Below are positions 28,441 to 38,246 of a stretch of DNA of 64,000 bases, in pieces (position 1 is the first letter of the stretch; every line of letters begins with the position of its first letter). Below the pieces are notes generated by a model. It searched no databases and had not been told where the DNA came from. It saw only the letters and a list, made by a program, of their open reading frames with translations. The stretch covers positions 32,001-96,000 of the forward strand of contig JAOAJX010000003.1 of assembly GCA_026413945.1 (NCBI GenBank), read 5' to 3'. The position numbers and the translations under genes were made by a program. The DNA is from Candidatus Iainarchaeum sp. (GTDB taxonomy: Archaea; Iainarchaeota; Iainarchaeia; Iainarchaeales; DTGL01).

Positions 28441-28995
28441 GTGTTGCTTATAGATTTTGATGAGCTTCGTAGGATTCACAGGCAGGAAAAAAGCAGCCAG
28501 CAGCTTTCAGAGATCGGAGAAGATTTTATGGTTGAGCTTAAAGCATACCTTGAAGAGAAAAAGGAGGAATATGTTAAGCATTTATCTGCTGGCGAAACAC
28601 CTAGCGAGGATTTTTTTAATGTGCAGCGCATGGCAAAAGAGATACTTGAAATAAGGCAGAAGAAGATAATAAAAAAAGCCTTCCACGCTGCAGTTAGTGA
28701 AGATGAATTTGAAGATGAAAAGCTTACTGGGGAAGAGAAAAAACTTTTCTGCAATATATGCAAAATCGTTTCTGAATATCAGAAGTCAATAGACAAGCTT
28801 TTCTACGCAGAATCAAAAAAGAGGAAAAAGGATAGCAATTTAAATACAATTTCAGTCCAAATTATAGAAGAAGTGCCTGCTTTTGTTGGGCCCAATATGA
28901 AAGAATTTGGCCCTTACAAAAAAGGGCAGGTTGTTGAACTTCCCGAGGATGTTGCTGATATTTTGCTTTCGAGAAAAATTGCTGTAAAGGAGTAG
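28441..28995 (+). CDS. gins51: GINS complex subunit (Gins51/Gins15)
   Basis: ELRRIHRQEK, RQKKIIKKA, C-terminal B domain VPAFVGPNMKEFGPYKKG; follows priS. Confidence 0.88.
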   Translation: MLLIDFDELRRIHRQEKSSQQLSEIGEDFMVELKAYLEEKKEEYVKHLSAGETPSEDFFNVQRMAKEILEIRQKKIIKKAFHAAVSEDEFEDEKLTGEEKKLFCNICKIVSEYQKSIDKLFYAESKKRKKDSNLNTISVQIIEEVPAFVGPNMKEFGPYKKGQVVELPEDVADILLSRKIAVKE

Positions 28996-29003
28996 TGATT
29001 TTT

Positions 29004-29192
29004 GTGACTGAATACGCGCAAAAAAAACATGCGCCTTTTTGGCGAATAAAATGTAATGCTTGTGGAAACGAGCAGGTTGTTTACTCCTGTGCTACCAGAA
29101 AAATAAAGTGCAATGTATGTAGTGCAATCTTAGCTGAAAGCACAGCACACAGAATAAAACTTACCGAAGCAAAAAAGCTTAGGGACTATTAG
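29004..29192 (+). CDS. rps27e: 30S ribosomal protein S27e
   Basis: F.RIKCNACGNEQVVY...CNVCSAILAE; precedes aIF2-alpha. Confidence 0.9.
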   Translation: MTEYAQKKHAPFWRIKCNACGNEQVVYSCATRKIKCNVCSAILAESTAHRIKLTEAKKLRDY

Positions 29193-29223
29193 GTAGAACG
29201 GCAATAGTAAATGTGGTGATTCT

Positions 29224-29988
29224 TTGGATAAATGGCCCGAGCCAAATGAAATTGTAGTAATAAAAATAACTAAAGTTTTGCCTTATGGGGCTTTTGCTGA
29301 TCTCTTAGACTATCCAAATGTCCAGGGCTTTGTGCACATTTCACAAGTTGCTTCGCGCTGGATAAAGAACATAAGAAATCATGTAAGGCCAAATCAGCTA
29401 AGGGCTGCACAAGTGATAAGGGCTGACAAAGAAAAGCTTCAAGTAGACCTTTCTTTGGTAAAAGTGTCTGAATCACAACAAAAGGCCAAAATTGAAGAAT
29501 GGGAGCAGTCGAAAAGAGCGAAAAAGATACTTGAAATATTTGCAAAGCAGAGAAAAATGAGTTTTGATATTGCGTGGAAAAAAATAGCAGAACCCCTCGA
29601 ATCGAGGCACGGAAGCCTAATGAATGCCTTTCAAGAGGCACTTATCACAGGGAAAAGCGCACTTGAAGGCATACCCGAAGAGCTTGTCGAACCATTTGCT
29701 GAGCATATTAAAAAAAGCATAACCGTGCCAGAAAAAGAAGTTTCAAAAGTTGTAAAAATAAAGAGCTATGAAGCTGATGCTATATTAAAAATAAAGAATG
29801 CATTTAGAGAGTTGCTTAAACAAAAAGAATACTCAAAGATAAAGGCTACATATATTGGTGGTGGCAAATATCATCTTTCCAGTAAGGCCCCAGATTACAA
29901 GAGCGCAGATAAAGTGCTTTCATCTTTTGCGGAGGAACTAATAAAGAGCATCAAAAAGAATGGTGGCACAGCTTCTATAGAGAAATAA
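29224..29988 (+). CDS. eif2a: Translation initiation factor 2 alpha subunit
   Basis: S1 domain YGAFADLLDY, HISQVASRWIKNIR, VDLSL, APDYKSA. Confidence 0.95.
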   Translation: MDKWPEPNEIVVIKITKVLPYGAFADLLDYPNVQGFVHISQVASRWIKNIRNHVRPNQLRAAQVIRADKEKLQVDLSLVKVSESQQKAKIEEWEQSKRAKKILEIFAKQRKMSFDIAWKKIAEPLESRHGSLMNAFQEALITGKSALEGIPEELVEPFAEHIKKSITVPEKEVSKVVKIKSYEADAILKIKNAFRELLKQKEYSKIKATYIGGGKYHLSSKAPDYKSADKVLSSFAEELIKSIKKNGGTASIEK

Positions 29989-30001
29989 CTAAGGTTTTAT
30001 T

Positions 30002-30787
30002 ATGAACACCAAGGTTGAGTTTGTCTGGAAGAAAAGAAAACTAACTGATGCTGTCCTTTTCACAGGTTTGCCTGGCATAGGGCTTGTTGGCAAAATAGCG
30101 ACTGACTATGCGTTAAAAAAGCTCGGTGCTGAAAAAATAGCCAATGTTTATTCCGATTCTTTTCCACCAAGTGTTTATATAAACAACGGAATAGCTGATC
30201 TTATAAAAGACGAAATTTTCCTTTACACGATGAAGAAACGCGACTTCTTGTTTTTGGCTGGGCCTGTGCAACCAGCTTTAGATCCAAGGATAACAAATGT
30301 TCAAGATCATTATGAATTTGCAGAAGCAATAGTAAAAACCGCAAAGGACCTCGGTGTTAAAGAAGTTTATACGTTGGCTGGCATTAACATAGGCGATGCA
30401 AGACTTAAGCACGAACCAAAAGTAGTGGTTGCAGCCACTGATAAGAAGACGCTTGAAAGCTTTAAGAAGCTCGGCGCAAAGACAGGCATGAACAATGGCT
30501 TAGTATCAGGTGCCGCTGGGCTTATATTGGGTATTGCTGCTAAAAATGGCATGAAAGGCGCTTGCCTAATGGGGGAAACTAGTAGTAAGCTTATTTATGG
30601 AGACCATGGCGCAGCGGAGAAGCTTCTTGAACTACTTATAAAGCGATATGGCTTCAAGATAGATATGAAAGAAATCGCAAAAGAGTCTAAAAGCATTAAT
30701 ACTGCCTTCAAGCAAATAATGAATGAGCTTTCAGCAAAAAGTGTTGGTGAAACTGAGAGAGAAGAGAATCCAACCTATGTAAGGTGA
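30002..30787 (+). CDS. PAC2 family proteasome assembly chaperone
   Basis: GLPGIGLVGKIA, SGAAGLILG, CLMGET; conserved position after aIF2-alpha. Confidence 0.9.
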   Translation: MNTKVEFVWKKRKLTDAVLFTGLPGIGLVGKIATDYALKKLGAEKIANVYSDSFPPSVYINNGIADLIKDEIFLYTMKKRDFLFLAGPVQPALDPRITNVQDHYEFAEAIVKTAKDLGVKEVYTLAGINIGDARLKHEPKVVVAATDKKTLESFKKLGAKTGMNNGLVSGAAGLILGIAAKNGMKGACLMGETSSKLIYGDHGAAEKLLELLIKRYGFKIDMKEIAKESKSINTAFKQIMNELSAKSVGETEREENPTYVR

Positions 30788-30795
30788 AAGATACT

Positions 30796-32064
30796 TTAAA
30801 ATTCTGCAAGTGTTTTTTGGCCCTTAAAAGTGCTGTTGCACTCCAGAACATCTCTTAACTCCAGTTTTTTCAGTTCAAGCTCCTCTTGTGAGGCACAAAT
30901 TATTGGTTCTCCGTACTTTCCACCACCGCCGCTTATGTAAAGCACATTTCCTTGCCTAAAGGCACCAATATGCCTTGCAACCTTTTCATCAATTTTCTGT
31001 ATCTCTGAAAGCTCTACATCTAAAAGCACTTTTATCTCAGAACCGAATTTACTCACAAGCTCATGCCATGTTGATTGCACAGCTTCACTATTTATATCCT
31101 TTGCTTTTGTTGCCATTAATATTATTTCAGCAAGCGGTATTATGTGCAAATATGGTGCTCTAAATTCAGGGTGTACTTCTTCCTTGAAGTCTGCAAGCTC
31201 CATTATCCTATCCCTAACACCTTTTTTTATCGTGCCTTTGCATCTTGGGCATCTCCAATTTAAGCCTTTAGCGCTTTCAATGGAGTACTTTGAGTAGCAC
31301 CTGTTGCATGCTGTGCAATGATATTTTCCTTCTCTCGGGTCAAGGCCAACATTAAGCTTTATCCTTTCGCGCTCTTCCATGAAAACTTTTTTGAGGTCTT
31401 CAAAGCAAGGTTTTTTTAGCTCGATCCTCGTGAATTCTCTGCCAAGGCGGTGAGGCCATGGTGAATGGGCATCGCTGCATGTGATAAAAGCTAAACCATG
31501 GTTTCCTGAAATAAGATCTGCAAAATATGAATCAGCACTGAGGCCTAGCTCCATGAAGAAAACATTTTTTACTTGTGCCCCATAGCAGCTTTGTAGTGAA
31601 CTGAAATGAGAATACATGGAATAGTAAGGTGTGAACGCATGTGCCGGCCCTATTATTCCATTGGCTTCTTCTATAATACAAGCAAGTTTCTCTGCATTTA
31701 AACTAATGGAAGGCCTTCCAAATCCATAGCCATCGAGTCTTCCATAAGAAGAGAGCTTTTTTCTTAAAATCTCCGCGCTTTCAAAGTTTGGAAGAAAAAA
31801 TAGGTGGTGGACATTTGAAACATCGTTTATTTCACCGCCAAGTATATAAAAGACATCAATTTTTTTGTCTCTAAAGCAGCCGTTTTCTTCGCAAAGGTTT
31901 TCCTTAAGGTGCCTAAGCCATTCTTTGTTAAGTATATCTCCACTTGCAATTATGTCAAGGCCTTTTAGTTTCGCTTGCATTGAAATCTCAGGAATAAGCA
32001 TATTTTTGCTTACGCCACCAGAATATGAGCCATGTATATGCAAATCGCAATCATACAATTTCAT
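30796..32064 (-). CDS. endoQ: Endonuclease Q (PHP domain, Zn finger, C-terminal PIP box)
   Basis: DLHIH, PAHAFTP, ELGLSAD, SDAHS, GKYH..AC..C..CPRC, GGGGKYG, QKTLAEF. Confidence 0.9.
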   Translation of the reverse strand: MKLYDCDLHIHGSYSGGVSKNMLIPEISMQAKLKGLDIIASGDILNKEWLRHLKENLCEENGCFRDKKIDVFYILGGEINDVSNVHHLFFLPNFESAEILRKKLSSYGRLDGYGFGRPSISLNAEKLACIIEEANGIIGPAHAFTPYYSMYSHFSSLQSCYGAQVKNVFFMELGLSADSYFADLISGNHGLAFITCSDAHSPWPHRLGREFTRIELKKPCFEDLKKVFMEERERIKLNVGLDPREGKYHCTACNRCYSKYSIESAKGLNWRCPRCKGTIKKGVRDRIMELADFKEEVHPEFRAPYLHIIPLAEIILMATKAKDINSEAVQSTWHELVSKFGSEIKVLLDVELSEIQKIDEKVARHIGAFRQGNVLYISGGGGKYGEPIICASQEELELKKLELRDVLECNSTFKGQKTLAEF

Positions 32065-32136
32065 TAAACCACACAAAGACTAATTAATATGAATGTATAA
32101 AAAAGTATTATTAAAAGAATCAGGCAGCACATCTTT

Positions 32137-33171
32137 ATGAGAGAGGCAAAATTTTATGAAAAGCTCCACGGCAAAAAAATAAAATGCACTGCTTGTGCAA
32201 GATACTGCACAATAAGCCCAGAAAAAACAGGCTTTTGCCGTGTTAGGAAAAATGTTAACGGCAAACTTTACTCCCTGGTTTACAACAAAGCGCTTACCCA
32301 AACTGCAGATCCTATTGAAAAAAAGCCAATATACAATTTTATGCCAGCAACTTATTGCAGCAGCATAAGTACTTATGGTTGTAATTTCAAATGCCTTTTC
32401 TGCCAGAATTTTAGCCTTTCGCAAGAGTTTTTAGAAGAAGATATTCAAGAGGTTGGAGAAACAACCCCCGAAGAAATTGTGGAAAACACTATTGCAAGAG
32501 ACCTTGATGGAATTTCTTATACTTATGTTGAGCCAACTGTATTTATTGAATATGCGCTTGATATAATGAAAATTGCTAAAAAACAGGGGCTTTATAATGT
32601 ATGGGTGAGCAATGGCTATATGAGCAAAGAATCACTTAAAGAGCTTTGCAAGTATGTTGATGCTGCAAACATTGATCTCAAAGGAGATGCGGACTTTTAC
32701 AAAAAGCTGTGTGGAAATGCAGAGCTGGGTGTAGTTAAAAGTAATATTGAAGCTCTTTTTAAGGCAAAAGTGCACGTTGAGGTTACAAATCTCATCATTC
32801 CAGGCATTAACGACTCAAAACCATGGCTTCATGACGTCTGCTCATTTGTCTCTGCTCTTAGCAAAGATATGCCTTTGCACTTTTCAAGGTTCTTCCCGCA
32901 TTATAAAATGAGTAACATAAGGCCAACACCACTTGAAACCCTTGCACAAGCTTATGACATTGCAAAATCCCTTGGGCTTAACTATGTTTACATTGGAAAT
33001 ATTGGCTCAGAACAAAATACTTTTTGCCCAAAGTGCAAAGAAATAGCAATAAGAAGAGCAGGCTACAATGTTAATATTGTTGGCTTGAGTGAAAAAGGCC
33101 TTTGCACTAACTGTGGCCACAACTTAGGCATTAAAATGCCAAAAAAAGCTAAAAAATGCCAAAGAATTTAA
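32137..33171 (+). CDS. AmmeMemoRadiSam-type radical SAM enzyme (PFL-activase-like)
   Basis: CTACARYC...GFCRVR, DPIEKKP, CNFKCLFCQN, HFSRFFP, YVYIGN. Confidence 0.92.
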   Translation: MREAKFYEKLHGKKIKCTACARYCTISPEKTGFCRVRKNVNGKLYSLVYNKALTQTADPIEKKPIYNFMPATYCSSISTYGCNFKCLFCQNFSLSQEFLEEDIQEVGETTPEEIVENTIARDLDGISYTYVEPTVFIEYALDIMKIAKKQGLYNVWVSNGYMSKESLKELCKYVDAANIDLKGDADFYKKLCGNAELGVVKSNIEALFKAKVHVEVTNLIIPGINDSKPWLHDVCSFVSALSKDMPLHFSRFFPHYKMSNIRPTPLETLAQAYDIAKSLGLNYVYIGNIGSEQNTFCPKCKEIAIRRAGYNVNIVGLSEKGLCTNCGHNLGIKMPKKAKKCQRI

Positions 33172-33511
33172 GCACAAGCATTGCTCCTAAGCCAGCAAGG
33201 CCAAAAATAACACTAACAATAAGGCCTTCAATTAAAGGAAGCTCTATGCCCACTGCGAATTTGAGTATTGCCCAGCCAATAAGCCCTAAAAGAGAGTTTA
33301 TTATTACTTTTTTTATAAAGAAAATTATAGCAACAGCAACAACTATTAGCAATATTCCAATTGCAAGTATTTCCGGCTTTCCAGCCAGGCTACCTGCAAT
33401 TTCACTCAAATGCTGCGTTGCTAAAGACCCTGCTTCAGAAATATCCTTTGCCTTATTTGATACTGTTGCGCTCAAATCTAGTAGGATTGAGCAAAAAATG
33501 GCGCTATTCAT
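33149..33511 (-). CDS. Small multi-TM membrane protein (BofA-like)
   Basis: Three TMs, IINSLLGLIG...GLAGLG pattern. Confidence 0.6.
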   Translation of the reverse strand: MNSAIFCSILLDLSATVSNKAKDISEAGSLATQHLSEIAGSLAGKPEILAIGILLIVVAVAIIFFIKKVIINSLLGLIGWAILKFAVGIELPLIEGLIVSVIFGLAGLGAMLVLKFFGIF

Positions 33512-33576
33512 ATATGAAAACTACTAAGCAAGTGTTTTAAAGTGTTTTCAACGCTACTTTTATGTGGTGGTTTTTT

Positions 33577-34218
33577 GTGGCTCTCTTAAGTTGGCTTCAA
33601 ATAAAAATAGCTAAAGAGCTTATCGAAAGCCCTATGAGCTTACAAGAGCTTTCAAAAGCGATTGGTGAAAACCCATTAGATATTGAAAAAGCTCTTAAGG
33701 ATATGGTTGCACTGAAACTTGTTACTGAAAAATCAGATATGTTTTACATTTCAGAGGAAATAAAAAAGGAGCTTCTTAATAAGAGAGAGTTAACTCAACA
33801 GGAAAAACCAAAAACTGAGATTCAGGCATACATTGAGGTAAAAGGGCTTAATAAAAAAGCTGCTTTGAAGCAGATGAAAGAAATTGAAAAGGCAATTAAG
33901 GCACAAAATGCCTTTGTCTTGTATTCAAGCAATATTATTGAGCCAGAAAAGCAAGGTGACTTTTACATAGGGCATCTTGATATTACCATTGGATTTAAAA
34001 GCCTAACTTCTTTGGTCCAGTTCATGTATCTCTATGGCCCAAGCGTTGTTGAAGTGATAAAGCCACCCAAAGCAGAGTTTACAGCTTTTGACCTTCAAGA
34101 GGCTCTAAATCAGATGGCTGAATTTATATTCAAATACAATGTTTATCTCGAGAAAAACCTCAGGAAGGCAGACATAGAGCGCTTTTATGCCTCGCTTTTA
34201 CAAAAGCAGAATTTTTAA
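33577..34218 (+). CDS. Conserved archaeal hypothetical protein with N-terminal winged-helix-like region
   Basis: wHTH-like MSLQELSKAIG..LKDMVALKLV; FMYLYGPSVVEVIKP motif; GTG after GTGGTGG. Confidence 0.7.
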   Translation: MALLSWLQIKIAKELIESPMSLQELSKAIGENPLDIEKALKDMVALKLVTEKSDMFYISEEIKKELLNKRELTQQEKPKTEIQAYIEVKGLNKKAALKQMKEIEKAIKAQNAFVLYSSNIIEPEKQGDFYIGHLDITIGFKSLTSLVQFMYLYGPSVVEVIKPPKAEFTAFDLQEALNQMAEFIFKYNVYLEKNLRKADIERFYASLLQKQNF

Positions 34219-34239
34219 TTTGATCAGAAAGAACGGATC

Positions 34240-34428
34240 GGTTTCGCAAATTGACGAAACCAATTTCAACAATATATAGAATTTTATGCCCTAATTTGAG
34301 GCAAAAATCTTCTTTTTTGGGCATAAAGCGAAAGATATTTAAATAAAGCTTAGCATACTAACAATAAAGCCTTCTCCAAATAACCTTTGAGAGAGGGCTA
34401 AATAAACTAAGGTGAGGTGAAAAAAGCT
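34240..34428 (+). promoter_or_regulatory. S-layer gene promoter and structured 5' UTR
   Basis: Inverted repeats GGTTTCG/CGAAACC and TTTATGCCC/GGGCATAAA, BRE-like GCGAAA, TATA TATTTAAATA at ~34337, leader hairpin GCCTTCTC/GAGAGGGC, SD GAGGTGA. Confidence 0.65.
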
Positions 34429-37122
34429 ATGAAAAAAATGAATGTAAAGAGACTTGCGGCTTTGGGTGCTGGAATAGCACTGCTTGGAACTGCTTTGGCA
34501 CCGGTTGCTTCAGCGATTTCTCTGACAAGAAGCGATGTTATCAATGCAAACGGCGCTCCGGTTTATGACATTGTTGTCGGTGCAAAAGCAAGCAGCGACG
34601 CACTCTGGGCAGGAAACATAGCTGCAAAGTTAGCACAGCTTGCATACACAGACAGCGCTGTGACATGCACAGTTGATAGGAGTACAATAGGTGCCGGTGG
34701 GCAAGAAGTAAAACCACAAGCAACAGTATCAGGCCTCAACGTTGAGCTCGTAATTGGCGGCGAAACAACATATGGCGAAGGTACAGCATACATTTATGAT
34801 GACAGTTATTTGAACTCAACAGCTGCTGAACTAGACGCTCCAATAGAGCTTGGAAACTCTAAGATTAAAAGCCTTAAGAACGAGTCATGGGGATATACAT
34901 ATAATGGAGCTAACTATTCCCAGACAGTTAGAGAGTTCATTGTTGTGAACCCAGACGCAAAGTTTGAGACAAACCGCGAAGTAAAGGATTTGGTGCTCTA
35001 CATGCCAAAAGCAGGCGACTTCACTTACAGAGTAACTCTTAGCGGTGGTGTTCCTTTAGATTTCAACAAAACAAATAAATACAATATAACAGTGCCACTA
35101 TTCGGAAAGAAGTATAGTGTCTTGAAGACAAATGCGGATGGAACAGAGCTTACCTTGATAGACGAGGCTGCAAAGCGCACAATAGACGCTGGACAGACAA
35201 TAACCGACTTGGTTGGAAAAGGAAGTTACAAAGGCAAATCTCTATCTGTGCGGTTTGTATCGCTAACAATGAGCAAGTATCTTGGTGGAGATACTTACTA
35301 TACAGGAAAATTCCAGTTGCTTGACCCTGAAGGCAATGTCATTGCAACAGAAGACAAAGTTGAAGAAGGCGAGTTCCTTGAGCAAGTTTTCTACGTAAAT
35401 GGCGAATATCCGTTAGAAACATCAATTTACGTCGATACTTTGTTCAAGCAGGACGTTGACAACGCCAACAAAGCAACTATAACTGTTGGTACAAACACAG
35501 TTAAGCTCAAGGACGGCGAGAAATATCCTTATGATGAAAGAGTTACTTCCTCAAGCGAAAAATACTGGCTTGCAAAGCTATTTAAAGGTACTGGGACAGT
35601 CGGCGGTACCTCACAGGATGTAATAAACAAGATTGAAATTTACAACAATGCGGTTGAAGGCTACAGCAAATGGGACAGGAAAATGCCAATATACGCAAAG
35701 AAGGATACTTTGACAGGAAAAGGCGACAAGAGCGAAGCTATCTTCCTCAACGGCGAACCAAGCACAGCTTTAGGCTATGGCTTTGCCAAAGTAGTATTCC
35801 AGGGCTTCAAGAGCGAAACAATGACAGAGCTCAAGATAAAAGATCACAAGATTTACTATGTAGACGAAGGAGATACCCAGCATGAGATTCCGTTGTACAT
35901 AAGCGGCCTTGACAGTACAACAGAGGAATCATTTAACTTTGATAAGCTTGGAACCCAGAAGTATTACTTCAGAATGAGACTTGCTGATGACTATGAGTTA
36001 GGTTGTGAGGACGATGATTGCCAAGGCTGCTTCCAGCTTTCAGACGAGCCATTCAGAAACACTGATTTTGACCTTGATTGTGATAGCCCAGGATATTATC
36101 CATTCTATGCTGACGATGTAGGAGAGGGCCCTCTTGCCCTTACAGGCGACAACGGCATGGACTATGATTATGAATACTACTACTCCAGCACAGACAACGC
36201 AATTTGGTTCCTCTTTGCGCCTCAAAAGCTTGAAGGAAAAGGCGGCTATAAGCTCGAGTTTTTAGGTACAGACACAACAGAAGATCTCGGAATCGATAGT
36301 GAATATTACCTGCCAAACGAGTACGAGCTCGGTGGTGGCAAAAGCGGTGAGTATTACACAGCAGTCTTTGAGCTAACAGAACCTACTGGTGGCGGTAGCG
36401 GTAAAATATACATAGATACCGAAGACGGGAGCTTGGCGCCTTTCGGAAATACAAATTACAGCGCAAGCGGATATGAGTTTAAGTATAAGCACCTGGGCAC
36501 GGATCAAGAGTTGAACCTAACACAGTACCAGGCATCTACAAATGTGCAGACAGCTTACTCAGACTACGGCAGCAAGTACGACATAAGTCAGGATTACTTC
36601 CAGGCATGGATTCCAGATAAAAGACGCTACATAAGGTACGATATAATAGGGCCTGCTGCTTCAGGGTCAACAATAGTTGGTGGCGAGACACTGCTTCTTA
36701 ACGAAGGCGAGGAGAAAGTTACAAGCGCAGGTACAAGGATTACAGCGAAAAAGATAAACTACAATGTCTCAGTTACACCAACAGTGTGCCCAGCCGGCGG
36801 TGTTGTAATAGAGAACATAAGAGCAACACCAAGCGTCAGCACAGCCAAGAGGATTGTGCCTGTTGGACAGCTTGTCTTCACACACGACGCCGCACTTAGC
36901 GGAAAGCCAAAGATAATTATAGGTGGCTGGAAAGTCAACAGGTTTGCAAAAGACATAACTCTCAGCGACGGCAAGAAGATTACTGAGAGATTAACAGCTA
37001 AAGGCGACTACGTAGTGGACAAGCTTAATGACGGCACCATAATAGTTGCTGGATACACGGCAGCAGACACAGAAGCAGCAGCAAGGGAGCTTATAAGAGA
37101 GCTCGACAGGCTGTTGGGCTAA
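34429..37122 (+). CDS. S-layer protein (S_layer_N/S_layer_C type)
   Basis: KRLAALGAGIALLG signal, IVVGAKASSD..A..IAAKL, C-terminal IIIGGWKVN and IIVAGYTAADTEAAA; many N-X-S/T sequons; strong SD. Confidence 0.9.
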   Translation: MKKMNVKRLAALGAGIALLGTALAPVASAISLTRSDVINANGAPVYDIVVGAKASSDALWAGNIAAKLAQLAYTDSAVTCTVDRSTIGAGGQEVKPQATVSGLNVELVIGGETTYGEGTAYIYDDSYLNSTAAELDAPIELGNSKIKSLKNESWGYTYNGANYSQTVREFIVVNPDAKFETNREVKDLVLYMPKAGDFTYRVTLSGGVPLDFNKTNKYNITVPLFGKKYSVLKTNADGTELTLIDEAAKRTIDAGQTITDLVGKGSYKGKSLSVRFVSLTMSKYLGGDTYYTGKFQLLDPEGNVIATEDKVEEGEFLEQVFYVNGEYPLETSIYVDTLFKQDVDNANKATITVGTNTVKLKDGEKYPYDERVTSSSEKYWLAKLFKGTGTVGGTSQDVINKIEIYNNAVEGYSKWDRKMPIYAKKDTLTGKGDKSEAIFLNGEPSTALGYGFAKVVFQGFKSETMTELKIKDHKIYYVDEGDTQHEIPLYISGLDSTTEESFNFDKLGTQKYYFRMRLADDYELGCEDDDCQGCFQLSDEPFRNTDFDLDCDSPGYYPFYADDVGEGPLALTGDNGMDYDYEYYYSSTDNAIWFLFAPQKLEGKGGYKLEFLGTDTTEDLGIDSEYYLPNEYELGGGKSGEYYTAVFELTEPTGGGSGKIYIDTEDGSLAPFGNTNYSASGYEFKYKHLGTDQELNLTQYQASTNVQTAYSDYGSKYDISQDYFQAWIPDKRRYIRYDIIGPAASGSTIVGGETLLLNEGEEKVTSAGTRITAKKINYNVSVTPTVCPAGGVVIENIRATPSVSTAKRIVPVGQLVFTHDAALSGKPKIIIGGWKVNRFAKDITLSDGKKITERLTAKGDYVVDKLNDGTIIVAGYTAADTEAAARELIRELDRLLG

Positions 37123-37124
37123 AC

Positions 37125-37180
37125 AGAAAAGAAAGGCAAAACCTTTCTTTCTTTTTTCTTTTTTTATTTTTCTATTTCTT
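37125..37180 (+). terminator. Hairpin plus long T-tract terminator after the S-layer gene
   Basis: AGAAAAGAAAGG-caaaa-CCTTTCTTTCT followed by T-rich run. Confidence 0.7.
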
Positions 37181-37244
37181 AGTGAAAAAGCAATATTTTT
37201 TGTTAGCAACAGGGTTTTAAACATTCTACACTTTAAAAAGATAG

Positions 37245-38246
37245 ATGCTCGGAAGAAAATTAGCTGAAGTAAATGTACAAAAAGCCTTTCAGAAGGCAAT
37301 AATCGCACTTTTATTTCTAATAGCTTTTTTTGCTGTTTTATTGAAGCTTAGCGGCTCTTTTCAAGAAATTAAGAATGCTAATTTGTTCCTTATCTTGCTC
37401 TCATCTCTTTCTTTTATCTTATCTGCGCTTGTTTGGGCTTTTGCATGGGCTTTTGTTTTAAGAAAAGAGCATAGCTTAAGTTACAGAAATGCCTCTTTTT
37501 TGGGAATATCTTCAATGTTCGCATCTTTTACACCGATGCAGCTTGGCAATGATGCATTAAGGGCTTTTCTGCTTAAAGAATATTTTGGAGTGCCCTTATA
37601 CAAAGGCATAGGCGCAAGCATGGTAATAAAAGGCATAAAGTTTCTCACATTGGCTTTTTTCTCTTTGGTAGCCTTGCTGTCAATACCATTTCAAGCACTA
37701 GGAGCTGCACTTTTATTATCTTTTATGGTTGGTCTTTTGGTAATTGCAATCTCAGCAGCAATTCTTCTTTTGCCAATAAGCAGAAGGTTAAACAATAAAA
37801 TTCGCAAATTTTTTATGGCTCTCTCATTAAAGTTTAAAGTGTTCTCCAGTTTAGATTATTTGCTTTCCGAGTATTCTTACTTTCTGGGCGACAAAATAGC
37901 TCTCTTACCCAAGGTATTTGCTTTTTGCATAGCCGCATTTACTTTTGAGTTCCTGTGCTTTGCATTTTCAGCATTTTCTGTTGGCCTTTACCTTGAATTT
38001 AGCATGCTTCTATTGATTTTCTTTGCAATATCTTTGCTTGAGAGGGTTCCCTTTGCTCCCCGTGGCTTTGGCCTTGTGGAAACGGCAACATATCTTTTCC
38101 TATCAAGGAGCCCATTTGGCTTTTCACAAGCAAAACTGGTTTCTTTCATAGCAATATTTGATTTCTCAAGAATAATTTTGCCAACTGCAGTTTCGTTGCT
38201 TGCTTTTGCAGGACTTCGCAGAAGGTGCCTATTTAAGCAAAAATAA
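37245..38246 (+). CDS. Lysylphosphatidylglycerol synthase TM-like / flippase-like protein (UPF0104)
   Basis: FTPMQLGNDALRA, PFAPRGFGLVE; multi-TM. Confidence 0.8.
   Translation: MLGRKLAEVNVQKAFQKAIIALLFLIAFFAVLLKLSGSFQEIKNANLFLILLSSLSFILSALVWAFAWAFVLRKEHSLSYRNASFLGISSMFASFTPMQLGNDALRAFLLKEYFGVPLYKGIGASMVIKGIKFLTLAFFSLVALLSIPFQALGAALLLSFMVGLLVIAISAAILLLPISRRLNNKIRKFFMALSLKFKVFSSLDYLLSEYSYFLGDKIALLPKVFAFCIAAFTFEFLCFAFSAFSVGLYLEFSMLLLIFFAISLLERVPFAPRGFGLVETATYLFLSRSPFGFSQAKLVSFIAIFDFSRIILPTAVSLLAFAGLRRRCLFKQK

Noticed and set aside
33130-33171. AAAATGCCAAA direct repeat at a convergent gene overlap
   Set aside because: Short A-rich match within overlapping 3' ends; probably chance
36784-36800. 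GTGCCCAGCCGG resembling the tRNA-Glu 3' end (possible att site)
   Set aside because: Short, imperfect, inside the S-layer coding sequence, and no integrase nearby
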